A stretch of 64,000 nt of DNA from Octopus vulgaris. Taxonomy: Eukaryota. Where the stretch lies: assembly GCA_951406725.2 (NCBI GenBank), contig OX597823.1, positions 105,896,001 through 105,960,000 of the forward strand, read 5' to 3'. Made by a program: the position numbers and the translations under genes. Shown here piece by piece: positions 28,139-41,812 of the stretch (positions are counted from its first letter, which is position 1; each line of letters opens with the position of its first letter). The notes below the pieces were generated by a model that was not told the DNA's origin, ran no database searches, and worked only from the letters and a program-made list of their open reading frames with translations.

Positions 28139-28730
28139 AATTAATAAATAAAACATATGCATATATATATACATATATGTACGTACCTACCTCTACATGT
28201 ATATATACACGCATATATGGGTACAGGACACCAAAAAAACGTCGAACACAATGAGAAACGAAAACATAAACACAAAACCAAGGAACTGGACATTTTTCTT
28301 AAACAACAACAAAAATAGAGTACAGGACAAATAACACAAGGAAAATTCCCCTTCTTCAGTCGCCATGGTTTCATCTACTCTGCGTTTCGAAGGTGAAGCC
28401 GATACGCATCTTCGATAGAAACTTTCCTTCCTGCGAAAAGCAAATCAAATAAAATTTGAGATCTTTTTGCAGAGGGGTAAAAATGGTAACAAAAACTGGA
28501 CAGTAACGACAGTACAAAATATAAACAGTAAAAGACAGAACAAGGAGAATAACAAGACAAGAAGGGTTGTTAAGCCCAACGAAAAAAAAGTATTACGAAC
28601 GCTATCTTTGAGTACGGCGAAGGAGCAAAGAAAATGCCGTCCACACTTCAAGGAAGTCAGGCCAGAAAGACAGTGGCAAAGCTCTCATCGCAGGTTAACG
28701 GCGGGAGGGGGGAGGAGGGGGAGAACTCGC
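28139..28730 (-). mobile_element. Dispersed repeat (pLTR-like), copy 1
   Basis: High-identity reverse complement of 53330-53908. Confidence 0.75.
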
Positions 28731-29024
28731 GAAAAAAACAACAAAAAACGAAGATAGGAGGTGTAGAAAACAAACCGGGCTCAGGAATAGAAAAAAGTCT
28801 TTTACGTTTCAAGCCTACGCTCTTTTACAGAAAGGAACACAGAAAGAAACAAGGAGAGAAAAAAATGTGTGTAGTGGCTACCGATCTATCATGGCGACTC
28901 ATCTTTGGATTAATTATAAATATATAATTAATCCAAACATGAACAAAGAGAAAACAGAACAGCGCGAGGACGTGGAACAAGTATAGTGTTATTGGACGCT
29001 CAGGAAAGGAAAGAAAGAAGAAGG

Positions 29025-29059
29025 ACCTAACGTTTCGAGCGGAGCTCTTCGTCAGAAAT
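29025..29059 (-). ncRNA. Minimal Penelope-type hammerhead motif
   Basis: Minus strand: attt-CTGACGA-agagc-tcc-gctc-GAAAC-GTT-aggt. Stem III is loopless (palindrome AACGTT) and stem I is weak and wobble-rich. Confidence 0.6.
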
Positions 29060-29422
29060 ATAGAAAAGGGAAAGCTCCTTGAAAGGGAAGACGGAGAAAG
29101 AAAATCGCCAACGATACACACGCGGTCACATATTGAAATGACCGGAAGGGAATGGGTGGAGAGAAAGTTCTTTCAAAGACAGGAGAGTGCAAGAGAAGGC
29201 GGTATGTGTGGGTATGTGTGTGCGCGCAGGTGTGTGTGTGTAATGATAGCACGTGTGTGCGTGTGTGTGGTTGTGGCTGTTTATCTATGTGTGTGGTTGG
29301 GTTTAGTATCGTTTAAGGTCACAGGAAGAATTTATAGTAAGAATTTTGGTAGAAGTGGCTGCCTGTTGTGTGTCTACCTACACATGTGCGTAGCAGAGTG
29401 GTCAGTAGGAGGTAAATATATA

Positions 29423-29565
29423 TATTCGAAGGGTTACTGAAAAGTTCATGGCTTTAAGGGCATCACGAAAGGCCTGGATGGAGGCTCAACCTTTCGAGTT
29501 CTTTTACAGGGCTTAGAAGATTTGAAGGACCGCTGCAATAAGTGTGAACCTGAAAGAGGAGTATA
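29423..29565 (+). mobile_element. Non-autonomous mariner-type fragment
   Basis: TIR-like start cgaagggttactgaaaagttc, then a short transposase C-terminal-like remnant (gaccgctgcaataagtgtg). Confidence 0.45.
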
Positions 29566-29620
29566 AATCCTTAAAATGTTTTAGCCCGAAGGCCGCGGCC
29601 ATGCTGGGGCACCACCGCTG

Positions 29621-29624
29621 AAAA
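29621..29624 (-). terminator. Putative Pol III terminator (T4) for tRNA-Gln
   Basis: TTTT on the minus strand, 13 nt downstream of the tRNA 3' end. Confidence 0.5.
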
Positions 29625-29637
29625 GATTAAATCAGTA

Positions 29638-29709
29638 TGGTTCTACCGAGACTCGAACTCAGATCGCTGGATTCAGAGTCCAGAGTGCTCACCATTACAC
29701 CATAGAACC
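29638..29709 (-). tRNA. trnQ-CTG: tRNA-Gln (anticodon CTG)
   Basis: Minus strand reads GGTTCTATGGTGTAATGGTGAGCACTCTGGACTCTGAATCCAGCGATCTGAGTTCGAGTCTCGGTAGAACCA (72 nt). It forms a full cloverleaf: acceptor GGTTCTA/TAGAACC, anticodon loop CTCTGAA, T-arm CTGAG-TTCGAGT-CTCGG. It is near-identical to metazoan tRNA-Gln-CTG. Confidence 0.95.
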
Positions 29710-29795
29710 GACTTGTGACCTTAAGTATGTTGAATAAATTCATAATGTTCTTCTTGTATTTTCTTTCACCCAAAGCCACGAAGATTTCGGCAACC

Positions 29796-29858
<63 letters not shown>

Positions 29859-29880
29859 CATACCTAAATGTGTATATCTA

Positions 29881-29953
<73 letters not shown>

Positions 29954-30436
29954 ATCTGTCATCTGCCTGTCTGTCTGTCTATATCTATCTATATATATAA
30001 ACATATACAGATAAGTATGTGTGTGTGTGTGTGTGTGTGCATGTAACTATATGGACATACATAAATACAGAGGAAAAAGGGAAAGATACGTACGTAGATG
30101 GATAGACTGATTGATAGATCGGTATATAATTAGTGGTAATGGTGGCGATATTGTCCGTGGAGGTAGACTTAATCTGTTGACCGGTGTAACCCATCTTGTC
30201 CTTAGTGTCACTTGCGGTGTCCGCTTTATTACAAACATTCGGAGCAGGCAGGTTTCCGGTGTGAGGACATTGTCATTCAGTGCTTCCTGTTGTAGCAAAC
30301 CATGAGTCCTAGTTTCTGTTTTCCTCCCCCCACCCCACCTCTCACCACAATAGCCTCGGAGACTCTGCTGAAAGGTCATAGGCATTGTTGATTTTCCTTC
30401 TCTGACTGGGCTAGCAAAGGAAACAACGGATTGTCC

Positions 30437-30515
<79 letters not shown>

Positions 30516-30698
30516 AGTCTAGCTGACTGTCTTCTGTCCGTCTGTTTGTCTGTCTAAATGTATGTACGTACGTACGCATGTATGTATATATGCGTGTATG
30601 CGTGTATACGTGTATACGTGTCTCTGTGTGTGTGAGTATAAATACATACACACACACACATATATATACATACATACATGCATATATATATATATATA

Positions 30699-31076
30699 TC
30701 TCTATATAAACGGCAGTTTGTCTGTGTGTGTTTCTGTGTGTCTGTTTGGTTGTACCCTCACCCTGACCACGGCTTTCAACCGATTCTGATGAAACTTGAC
30801 ACACACATAGCCCAATGTCATAATTCAAAACTAACGCAGCGAAAATTTTGAAAAGTTCCCCCAGTTCTGAAAAAATCGATAAATTCGACATGGGGTCGAG
30901 AATTAGAAACACAAACCACAGACTGTCTAGGGGACGCAACTCGACCTTTTTTAACTCTCAAAAAAATTTACCATAATTTCTTTTCCATTTTTTTGCTATT
31001 TTTTGGCTATAACTCTCTAAAAATGCTTTATAGTTATTTCCCTTACAAACCTGAGCAACGCCGGGCGATACTGCTA

Positions 31077-31077
<1 letters not shown>
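30699..31077 (+). mobile_element. Non-autonomous Helitron
   Basis: Begins A|TC(tctatataaa), has an internal (TG/TCTG) microsatellite and a subterminal hairpin cctgagcaacgccggg, and ends CTAG|T. No TSD. Confidence 0.7.
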
Positions 31078-31120
<43 letters not shown>

Positions 31121-31629
31121 ACATACATATGTAATATGCACACATATATATGAAGCGCAATAGGGTGCGAGAGCCCTGTTTTGCGCCTGCTTCGTTGTTT
31201 CTTTCTGTAAGTCGCCTTCTTAAAAGCAGTCTCTGAATATTGCGTATCGTCGCCTGTACAGACAAATGAAAGCTAATTGTTAGAGGAATAAGCTCACGAT
31301 CATAATGTCTTGGTTTCAGTAACTGGACTGAGGGGTAAGTTGTGTCCTTGAAGAAGACACTTCATTTTTCCAGTGCACCCCACTTTAAATAAGTACAATC
31401 GAAGCTATCACACTGTGGATGATTGGCTGGAACACGGGTGAGAGGGCTGAGAGGATATCTATGACCAACGGTCCTTCAAGTAGATGTTGACAGCAAATGA
31501 ACTGCCTGACAAACGCAACTCGTCTCTTCTTCAGAAGCGGTGGAAAGCGCACCGATCAGGTAGCAGTAGATGACATGCTATGTAGATATTCGCCACTTCT
31601 GACTGCCACTTCATAGACAGTTTCCCCAC

Positions 31630-31893
31630 AGAAAAAAGGGGAAGGTAGTGCCAATTATTGTTGGGGCCTTGTGGACAGTATCTGCAAAGGCATCAAAAGG
31701 AATATAAAGGAAATGGGAAGAGAATGACCGGTAGAACTGTTTAAAAAAGGTTTGCCTCCTTGGCACAGTCAGAATCATCAGGAAAGTATGAGGTACGATT
31801 TGAAGAGAGCAGGTAGCATGGTAACGTGGGCTGCAAATAGCAAGCCCACTACGATTGCAAGACACCAAAAGTTCCAACAAAACCCAAGTTAAA
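31630..31893 (+). mobile_element. 3' end of R4/Dong-like LINE (REL endonuclease C-terminus) followed by (AAT)n
   Basis: VVPIIVGAL.TV and K.CLLGTVRIIRKV motifs, then a short UTR and a long (AAT)n. Confidence 0.6.
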
Positions 31894-31914
31894 ATGATAA
31901 TAATAATAATAATG

Positions 31915-31971
<57 letters not shown>

Positions 31972-31980
31972 GTAATAGTA

Positions 31981-32040
<60 letters not shown>

Positions 32041-32049
32041 GTAATAGTA

Positions 32050-32100
<51 letters not shown>

Positions 32101-32109
32101 GTAATAGTA

Positions 32110-32172
<63 letters not shown>

Positions 32173-32181
32173 GTAATAGTA

Positions 32182-32230
<49 letters not shown>

Positions 32231-32232
32231 TA
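31893..32232. repeat. (AAT)n microsatellite with periodic gtaatagtaatagt interruptions
   Basis: Four identical interruptions spaced 60-72 bp apart. Confidence 0.95.
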
Positions 32233-32969
32233 ACTGATTGGAAGTGTTATCATGTACATTGTTTTGTCTTGGTATAAAAGATAGGCTACAGCAAATATTC
32301 TGCTCAATACCACAGATTTTCTTGTCAGTTGTTTGACCTTAACCAGATGAGCATGTCCCTTAGTGGCTGACGATATGTGCATCTCTGATCACGAGCATTA
32401 CTAACATCAACATAAAAAAGCAATCACCATTGCAAATAGTGACACCACACCTATAACCCAAACACCACAACCGTTACCATAACATAAGCATCATTAAGAC
32501 ACCAGCGGTAGCAGCAATAGCAGCAGCAGCAGAAGCAGCGACAGCAGCATTATCACACCACCACCTCTACCACTACAACCATATACCATTACACTAGTGC
32601 CGTCACTACTTAATACTACTACCACCTCTTTAATCACCCCACCACCACCACCACCACCACCACCATTAACAGCAACTGCAACTACAACAGTAGTAGCAAC
32701 AAGAACATCAACAGCGGTAACAACAACAACCCCAACACTACCACCACAATGACGATGTCGACTACGACGACGACCACCACCACCATCACCACCACCAACA
32801 CTACCACTACCACCAGCACCACCACCAGCACCACCGCCGCCATAACACCATATGTGAATTACTTTGATCAGTAATTCGTCCTAAGTGACAACTTTGTTAT
32901 TTTCTAGATAAATCTTCAAATGAAGGAGTTAATTGGAGGAAAGTATAAAACACTTCAGTTAAAATTACT

Positions 32970-33002
<33 letters not shown>

Positions 33003-33132
33003 GCACACACACACACATATGTATTTGTATGCATGTGTATACACACGTACACATGTATGTATATATATGCTTGTATGTGAGTCTGCGTGAGTGTGTGTTT
33101 GGATATATGCATGAATGTATGTATGCGATGGA

Positions 33133-33179
<47 letters not shown>

Positions 33180-33348
33180 TTTGCACTTAAAAATGACCTG
33201 TGTACGTATATATAATTAGCTGTTTATAATTATTCCCTGAGTTTATATTATCAACAGATTTACGTAGACTCTGTCTCTCTCTCACGCATTTCTCTGTATA
33301 TTTATGGGAATCAGTATGTGTATAAATGTACAAGTTAAAATCGTGAAA

Positions 33349-33498
<150 letters not shown>

Positions 33499-33565
33499 CA
33501 TCTATCTATTTACATGTGTGAGTGTGATAAAAGATATGTATACATCTCTCTCTCCCCTCTCCATG

Positions 33566-33611
<46 letters not shown>

Positions 33612-33844
33612 CAAACATACATACATATACACTGAGACACACACACACACATACACACGAGCGTGCACATAGATTAAAAAGAGAAGAGCTGTACTAGAAT
33701 TATATTGATGTCTATGCACCACACATCGCCAACAAAAAGATATGAAACAGTGGCGTTGTTTGTAATTTCACCATTTCACCTTAAAATTCATGTAACGTAA
33801 TCTTTATCGACATAGTGAATTCTTTAAAACTCGAATTCTTACGA

Positions 33845-34170
33845 CTCTGTGTTAGAGCATCGGGCTTACAATCATGAGGTAGTGAGTTCAATTCCCGGAC
33901 CGTGTTGTGTGTTGTGTTCTTGAGCAAGACACTTTATTACATGTTGCTCCAGTTCATTCATCTTTAGAAATGAGTCGCGATGTCATTGGTGCGAATCTGT
34001 ATCAGCCTTTGCCTTTCCCTTTGACAACATCGGCGGCGTGGAGAGGGGAGACTGGTATACGTGGGCTACCACTGGTCTTCCACAGACAGCCTTACCAGGA
34101 TTTGTGCCACGGAGAGGAACCTTCTGGGTGGAATCTCATGGCAATCCGCATCTGAATGGGGTCTTTACTC
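33845..34170 (+). mobile_element. tRNA-derived SINE family C
   Basis: Head gttagagcatcgggc...gagttcaattcccgg; core gttgtgttcttgagcaagacacttt. Related minus-strand pieces at about 41120-41350 and 42420-42520. Confidence 0.7.
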
Positions 34171-34344
34171 CTTATGCCGTTAGAGTGGATGAAGATTAGC
34201 GAATGACCTGTTCAGCAGTCGGTGATGCACATAGACCCCATTATCCTCACGTCTTGCATAAATCTCACCTTATCCCTCATGTAGCCAAGCAGATGCTAGT
34301 GTACAGAATGAATGTGCATCCATGACGTCTTGTTGTAGGTGGAA

Positions 34345-34545
34345 CATGGTGCTGTTGACGGACAAACCATGCGCGGAGACAGAAAGCTGCAGATGACGGA
34401 CAAACCATGTCTCCGCGCATGGAATGTCCGTCGACAGCACCATGCTACCGTTAGTTACCGTTTAGTTACCGTTTAGTAAACGGTTAGTTACCGTTTGACG
34501 AAACGGTTAGTTACCGTTTGACGAAACGGTTAGTTACCGTTTAGT
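34345..34545. repeat. 37-bp inverted repeat plus palindromic minisatellite
   Basis: 34345-34381 vs 34408-34444 (3 mismatches), then iterated ttagttaccgtt and aaacggttagttaccgtttgacg units. Confidence 0.85.
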
Positions 34546-35343
34546 CATTCAAGGGTTGCTGGATTTCACTGCTATTTCGATCGAGTGGATATCGAACCTA
34601 AGGTGTGATCAACATATTTCTAAGATTTTAGCTGCATCTTGGGGGTTGTCCCGTCTGCAGGTTCACTGAATCCATTCGCAAATGAACTTGAATTATAGAT
34701 AAAAAGTGCTGCCCTTTGTTTCTCGTCTCTGATTCCCTGATTCTGGTCGAGGGGCGACTGAAGGTATACCAGTGATGCAGTGAAAATACCAAGATAAATG
34801 AGTGAGTGTGAAAGAGAGAGAAGGAAAGAGAGAGTGAGAGAAGGAATGGGAGAGGATATCGATCCCAAGTAGGATATCGAATGAATGGCAAAGTTGGCCT
34901 TGGTAGGATTTGAACAGAGAGACCGAATGAATATAGCAATTCCTTTTATCCACCCAACTGCCTCTCCCTTAATTCTTCCTCTCTTGCTCCTATTCGCTCT
35001 CCACATGAAACGTTTCTTTTTTTTCTTAATTCTTCTTTCACTCTACACCATTTCAATCCTACTCGATTGTAGCAACCATTTCTTTGCAATTCCTAGGATG
35101 TAATTCTTTACTATGTTCCATCTTGTGGACTCAGGACAAAGAATAACTCTTCTTTCTCTCTCCGAAGAAAGACATAGTCCGAAATAACGGAAATTCCTCT
35201 CCCGACGGCATACGAACTTAAAAAACATTTCTTACACATATATGCATGCATGCATGCATAAATAAATGCATACATATGCATGTATAACTATATAGTATAT
35301 ACACACACACACGCACGCACATACGTATACATCTATCTATCTG

Positions 35344-35399
<56 letters not shown>

Positions 35400-35506
35400 T
35401 ATATGAAAAACAGGCATTTAGATTTTTCATAATCTGAACGGTTGTCAGTTTTTATGTTCTCTCTCTCACTCACACCGTATGTATATATTTATGTATGTAG
35501 TCATGC

Positions 35507-35543
<37 letters not shown>

Positions 35544-37464
35544 GCAACTGCGTGTACGTACGTTTCTGCATGTGTGCCTGTGTACTAGAAAGCATCACTG
35601 TGTGATACTGTTTATCCTGTCAGCCTGTAGCTTAAAGATTAAATAAAACCAAAACGTCAGAGAATTAACGCAACTCTTTGGAGTGAACAAGCAGGATCTT
35701 TTAATTTCCATTGACTGCCTGCCTCAATAATATTGTAGTAACATTGGCAGTATTAAAGATCATCTGAAGCCGGAAGTAAGGCCCTAAGTTACTCCGTATT
35801 GATTGCTTTTTAGGATTCGTGAAACATACTCCAACTCAAATAATTGCAATGTGTCACTTGAATCGGAAGTCTAACAAAATTGTGAAATATTTGTGTGCAT
35901 TCTTTCTCTTAGATTAAAGTTGATATAACTAACTATAGACATGTAAATAGATACTGAGCTAATAAAACAAGCGTCAGTCTATCATTCTATATTCCTTCTG
36001 GTGTAGTTTCTTTCGATACGACTACGCGTGGATGTTGGATGAATACGTAATTATATATAAGCATGTATGTATGTATGTATGTATGTATGTATGTATGTAT
36101 GTATGTATGTATGTATGTATGTATGTATGTATGTATGTATGTGTGTACGTATGTATGTATGTACGTATGTATGTATGTCTATATGTGTGTATATAGGTAT
36201 GTATGTGTGCATACGTATAGATATATATGTGTGTGTATCTGTCTATTTATCTATCTACATATCAATCTTAATACATATGTGTATATATGAACAACGAGGT
36301 GTGTTTTTGTTGTTGTTTTACCCGTTACCAAAATGGACAAAGACAGAGGACGAGAAAGGGAGAGAGAGTAAGCGAGCGAGAGAGAGGAGGAGAGAGATGT
36401 ATTGAAGAGTAAAGAGAAAAACAGACATAGGAGAGAGAGGGAAAGAGAGTGAGAGAGAGAATGAATGCGAGTAATTGCAAACAACACAATATATATCACA
36501 GCAAGACGCCATTGCTGGCTACCATTTTCTACTTGGTGTCATGTTCGATAGTGACCAGAATACAAAGTAGATACGTGATACGAATATACAACGAAACATA
36601 TGCCTCAACTGTGATTTCTCTCAGACATTCTTCACCAAACTGTCCTTTTCATTTCTCCTTCTCGAAAACTCTATCTATTGCCATCTTTAATCTTCAATTG
36701 CTCTCGCCATTCTTCACCTTATATTCGTCATAAGTTATCTAATTTCTGTCATAAAATGTATAATTTTGTTATATATAGTTTCTTCGCATTGTTCCAAACA
36801 CTTAATTTGTTGTTTAAGTTATGGCTTTCATGTAATCAGGTATTTCCTCTACCTTGATTATGTCTTTAATTACATTTTCGACTTCACACATTTTTATATC
36901 TAATTTAGTGTTTTTCTAAAGCTTGTACTGAAATTTATATGATTACCTTCATATTTCTTAAAGATATTAAAGTATGTAACAGATAAAATAATTTAATAAT
37001 CAGAAGTTCTGTACTACAAGGAAAATAAAGAGGGCGTGGCCTGAGGTGGGGAGAGGTTTATTGATAGTGAGTACGTCAGGTATCCATCTTCAACTCCTTG
37101 AATATATAGAGAGAGATTTAGAGGAGGAGAGAGAGAGAGAGGAGGGAGAAATAGAAAGAGAGAATACAGAGAGAGAGAGAGAACAGATTAGAGTTACATA
37201 AAAAATACTAAAAATAGATAGATAGAGAGATAGAAAGAAAGACAGACAAGTCGATTGCCTACAAATGGTAGAAATGTACAAAGACAATCTCAGGGCGGAG
37301 AGTGTCATCTATCTATCCATCTATCTATCTGTCGGTCTGTCTGCCTGTCTATCTATCAACCAATCTCTCTCTCTCACTCTCTCTCTCACTCCCTCTCTCA
37401 CTCTTTCTCTCTCTCATATATATATGCACACGCACAAACTTATACACATGCTCATGTATGTAAT

Positions 37465-37495
<31 letters not shown>

Positions 37496-37849
37496 CATAC
37501 AATGTATATATATATGTGTGTGTATATATGTGATTTGTTGTCAGGATGGACTGGATAGAAAAATCTATCTGGGATATCGTCTATTTGTGAAGCCTCTGAA
37601 AGTACATGTCACAAAATTGAGCGGTACAAAGACAATTTTTGACCTGGTTATAAATTTCTCCAAAAAACATAAGCATAGTGATGGGCTATAATATATGAAT
37701 GCTTGTCATTGAGTTTCTCAGTCAGGGCTGGCATGGATTAAGTAACAAAATGAATCTTGAATTACTGTAATTAGTGCCACGAACATAAATCTCAAGAAAG
37801 AAAAAAACAAAAAACAAAAACAAGTAGATAAACATGACAAATAAATTAT

Positions 37850-38040
37850 TCAAGTTCGGGAACAAGGCCACCAATTTTAAGTGAGTGGATAAGTCGATTA
37901 CAACGACACCAGTGTTCAACTGGTACTTCATTCACCGACTCTGGGATGAAATAAAAAACCGATCGCGACAGAATTTGAACCTAGAACATGAAGACCTGGA
38001 AGAAATGCCGGTTAGCATTTTGTCTGATTTGTCGACGATT
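37850..38040 (-). mobile_element. Degenerate family A SINE
   Basis: aagtcgattac..caactggtactt..gaatttgaac motifs. Confidence 0.6.
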
Positions 38041-39063
38041 GTGTCAGCCCCCACTTTAAACATGATAAATAATAAAACTGGTATTAACACATACAATATA
38101 CTAAAATAGTTACCAAAAATTAATCATTATTTATTGAAAAAATCTGGCCGCGCGAGGCATGGAACATAAATATGGAGTTTGAATTAAATTAATATTAAAT
38201 TGCAATGCAGTTTATACCAAGTCTGTTCCAGAGTTGTCTCTCATACCTTACTTGACCAGTATTAATCAATATGATAATAGTTTTATTTTACATTTTCCTT
38301 GCGGCTGCAAATTTAATCGCTTAAACTCTCTCGGTTCACGACATTAGCAATGTTAACTTACACTTTACTATTTATTTTCATGCCTAAGGCGGCCAAGGGA
38401 TTTTCCCACAATTATTTTTTTTTTTTCAAACATAATAAAATATGGTTTAAAATGTTCTTTTCTCTTATCCTGCTGTTTATTTATTAGGACAGTCTGTTCA
38501 AAGTAAATGCAAAATGTCGGCCGTTTTCAACTTAAGCTCATTCAGTGCATCGGCCGCCATCATTATTCTTTCAGCTTTGCCTTAGCTACAACTTTCCATT
38601 CATACATTCCCTTCTCTTATTTTAGAAACTCTCACCATCCCCCGTTTTTTTTTTTTGTTAACTGCCTCTTTTTATTTTCGTTTTCGTTTTTATCTCTTTA
38701 TTTATTTATTATTATTATTAATATTTTTTGTGCGTAGAGACACACCAGCATAAGCAATTTTGTAATATTTTATAATAAATCTTTGAAAAGATTAGATTAG
38801 GAACAAAACAGGTTCAAAATTTCTCATGCATAAAATTTACAATATGTTTACTTTATCTATATTTTTTTCATGTTCCTTATTTCTTTTTATCTATCATTAA
38901 CGGTAAATCGAAGACTTAATCACTTCACACACATCTAAATTGTACATTTTTTTTTATCGATTTAAATGTAAAATGTAGAACATGAGTTATAAATGTTCTC
39001 ACGCAGACACATGCATACATCAATGTATGTACACATATATATATGTGTCTGTGTACATATATA

Positions 39064-39130
<67 letters not shown>

Positions 39131-39240
39131 TTATACATGCACAAATACATATATACATATACACATACATACGCACATATATATATCTATATTTATGTCT
39201 ATATCTATATCTATCTATCAATATATATATATATATAAAT

Positions 39241-39310
<70 letters not shown>

Positions 39311-39664
39311 TGATAAATATACATACACTCAGATATATATCATAACGCCATAATGGACACAAAAACTGCGTCGCCAATCTAAACTCCACCAGCTCAATTA
39401 ATGTAATGTACTATTAATGATTTAGGATGCAATGAGATCTAGACAGATGAAAATACTCCTTCCGGTTACGCTCTTATATGATTATGGCGTGTTTTGTTGT
39501 TTTTTTTTTTTTTTTTTTTTACCTCCACCTCGATCTGAAAAGCAAAGAGCTTTAGCAAAAGAGCTTCTGTAATCTATTCATCTTTTGAGCCATACTCATT
39601 AAAAAGATATATTTCATTTTTACCGTGGTTAAAAAAAATTGTGCGTATGTGTATGTGTCTATAG

Positions 39665-39738
<74 letters not shown>

Positions 39739-40086
39739 CAATATATTTACAGATATATATATATATATATACACACATGCAATTACAGATATATATATAT
39801 ACGTGTGTGTGTATGTATGTATATGTATAATTTATTCACATACGTATATCATTATGTGTAGCTATCTATCTATATTTATGTATTGATACGCACATATGCA
39901 TACGTACATATCTGTGTGTGTGTGTGTAATCAAATTGATATAAGTGTATGGTTACTCACACTCACCCACGCACACCCGTATATAGACAGTTAAATACATA
40001 TAAACGCGTGTACAGCTGCTTGTACGTGTATACATATAAGTATGTATCTGTGTGTATTATATATACATACATATACATATACATAC

Positions 40087-40144
<58 letters not shown>

Positions 40145-40147
40145 ATA

Positions 40148-40188
<41 letters not shown>

Positions 40189-40646
40189 GAAATGATGATT
40201 GTAGGAAAGCAGGAGAAAGGTGCGGCGGCAGGAGGTTGTGTTTGATGTAGCGACAGCAGACAGTAGAAGCCAGTCCCAGTTGCAAAAATACTGAACTCTT
40301 CTGATGATCTTTCGCAGAGTCTTCAGAGGAAGTAATTATTTCATTATGTCTTTTATTTTCTTTGTTGTGTTTATTGTTGTTGTTGCTTCTATTTTTACTG
40401 TATTTGTTGTTTTATTTTCCTGTAATTCTTTAAATTTTGGGAAATTCAGAATATATGATTATTTTCTTATGTAAAAGTTTGCGAATATATGTCTACATTT
40501 CTTTGTTAGTCTAAGTTTCTGTCTCTCAATACAACCCACAACACACACACATATTCGTATACATACATGTATAGACACACACACACACACATACATACAT
40601 ACATACATACACATATATATAATTATATACACACACACACACACAT

Positions 40647-40689
<43 letters not shown>

Positions 40690-40691
<2 letters not shown>

Positions 40692-41050
40692 TGAATCGAC
40701 TCCAGTGTTAATTTTATTTTATAAAATCTGGTACTAATTCTATCGTGCTCTTTTGCTGAACTGCTAAGTGAACGTAAACACACCAATACCAGTTGTGAAA
40801 CGGTGCTAGAAGACAAGCACACGTACACACACACATGCACATGCACACACACACACACACACACAAATATATAAATATTTATAGATATATATGATGGACT
40901 TCTTTCTCTTTCCGTCTACCAAATCCTTTCACAAGGCTTTAGCCCACCCGACGCTATAGTAGAAGAAACCTGCCTATGGTTTCCGCGCAGTGAGAATGAA
41001 CCCGGAACCATGTGGCTGGAAAGCAAACGTCTTACCACACAGCCACGTCT
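40690..41050 (-). mobile_element. Family B-type SINE
   Basis: gaacccggaaccatgtggctggaaagcaaacgtcttaccacacagccacg. Confidence 0.7.
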
Positions 41051-41679
41051 CACACACGTACACACACAAATACGAAATTTCATTTCTGTACAATTCAAAA
41101 GTTTACTACAATTAAAGGGTAAGGGTAAAGACCCACTTCGTTCATAAATGATCACGGATTGCACCAAGATAGTTTCCCTCCGAGGCACAAGTCCGGGCAA
41201 GGTTGTTTATGGAAGACTACCAGTCGCTCATGCATACCAGCCACCTCTCTCCATGCCACCGATGTTATCCAGGGAAAAGGCAAATGCCGATACGGTTTGG
41301 CACCAGTGACTTCGCAACTCGTTTCTGCAGCTGAATGAACTGGATCAATATGGGATCTAGTTTCTTTCATTCGCAAAATATGTGAAATTTATAGTTTTGT
41401 GTCTGACCTGTTCGTTGTAGGTTTCTAAATAAACAGAAATACCTAATAAAATCAACATGTATCATTTTACTGTTTCTTTTGTCTCGTCATTTATTGCATA
41501 TACTTGCAAGTGTGTGTGTGAAAAGGGGGGCGTCTGTCTCCAAAACTCCAAAGTTGAGTAACGTTTTCATACTTGAATTTGTAAACTACGATAAGAATAA
41601 CAGTGGTCAACAAAGAATTGTCCCAAGGAAAAGATTACCTGTGTCTTATTTGGTTTTTGCATACAGAATTCAGAAATAA

Positions 41680-41812
41680 TCTTTTCTATTCTAGGCATAA
41701 GGCCCGAAATTTTGGGGGAGAGAGCCAGTGAATTAGATCGACCCCAGTACGCAACTGGTACTTAATTTATCGACCTCGAAAGAATGAAAGGCAAAGTCGA
41801 CCTTGGCGGAAA
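41680..41812 (-). mobile_element. Family A SINE 3' part (alternative tail)
   Basis: ggcccgaaattttggggg...cgcaactggtacttaatttatcgacc...aaggcaaagtcgacc. Confidence 0.8.

Noticed and set aside
28340-28425. HHR-like motifs in dispersed repeat copy 1 (and 53620-53705)
   Set aside because: The type I reading lacks an intact CUGA core, and the type II reading using the downstream CTGAAGA has no stem I pairing.
34446-34545. Short palindromic repeats suggestive of CRISPR
   Set aside because: No unique spacers, no cas genes, and the context is eukaryotic.
40296-40330. Minus-strand CTGAAGA-ctctgc-GAAA-gatcatc
   Set aside because: No stem II or III pairing and only a 1-2 bp stem I.
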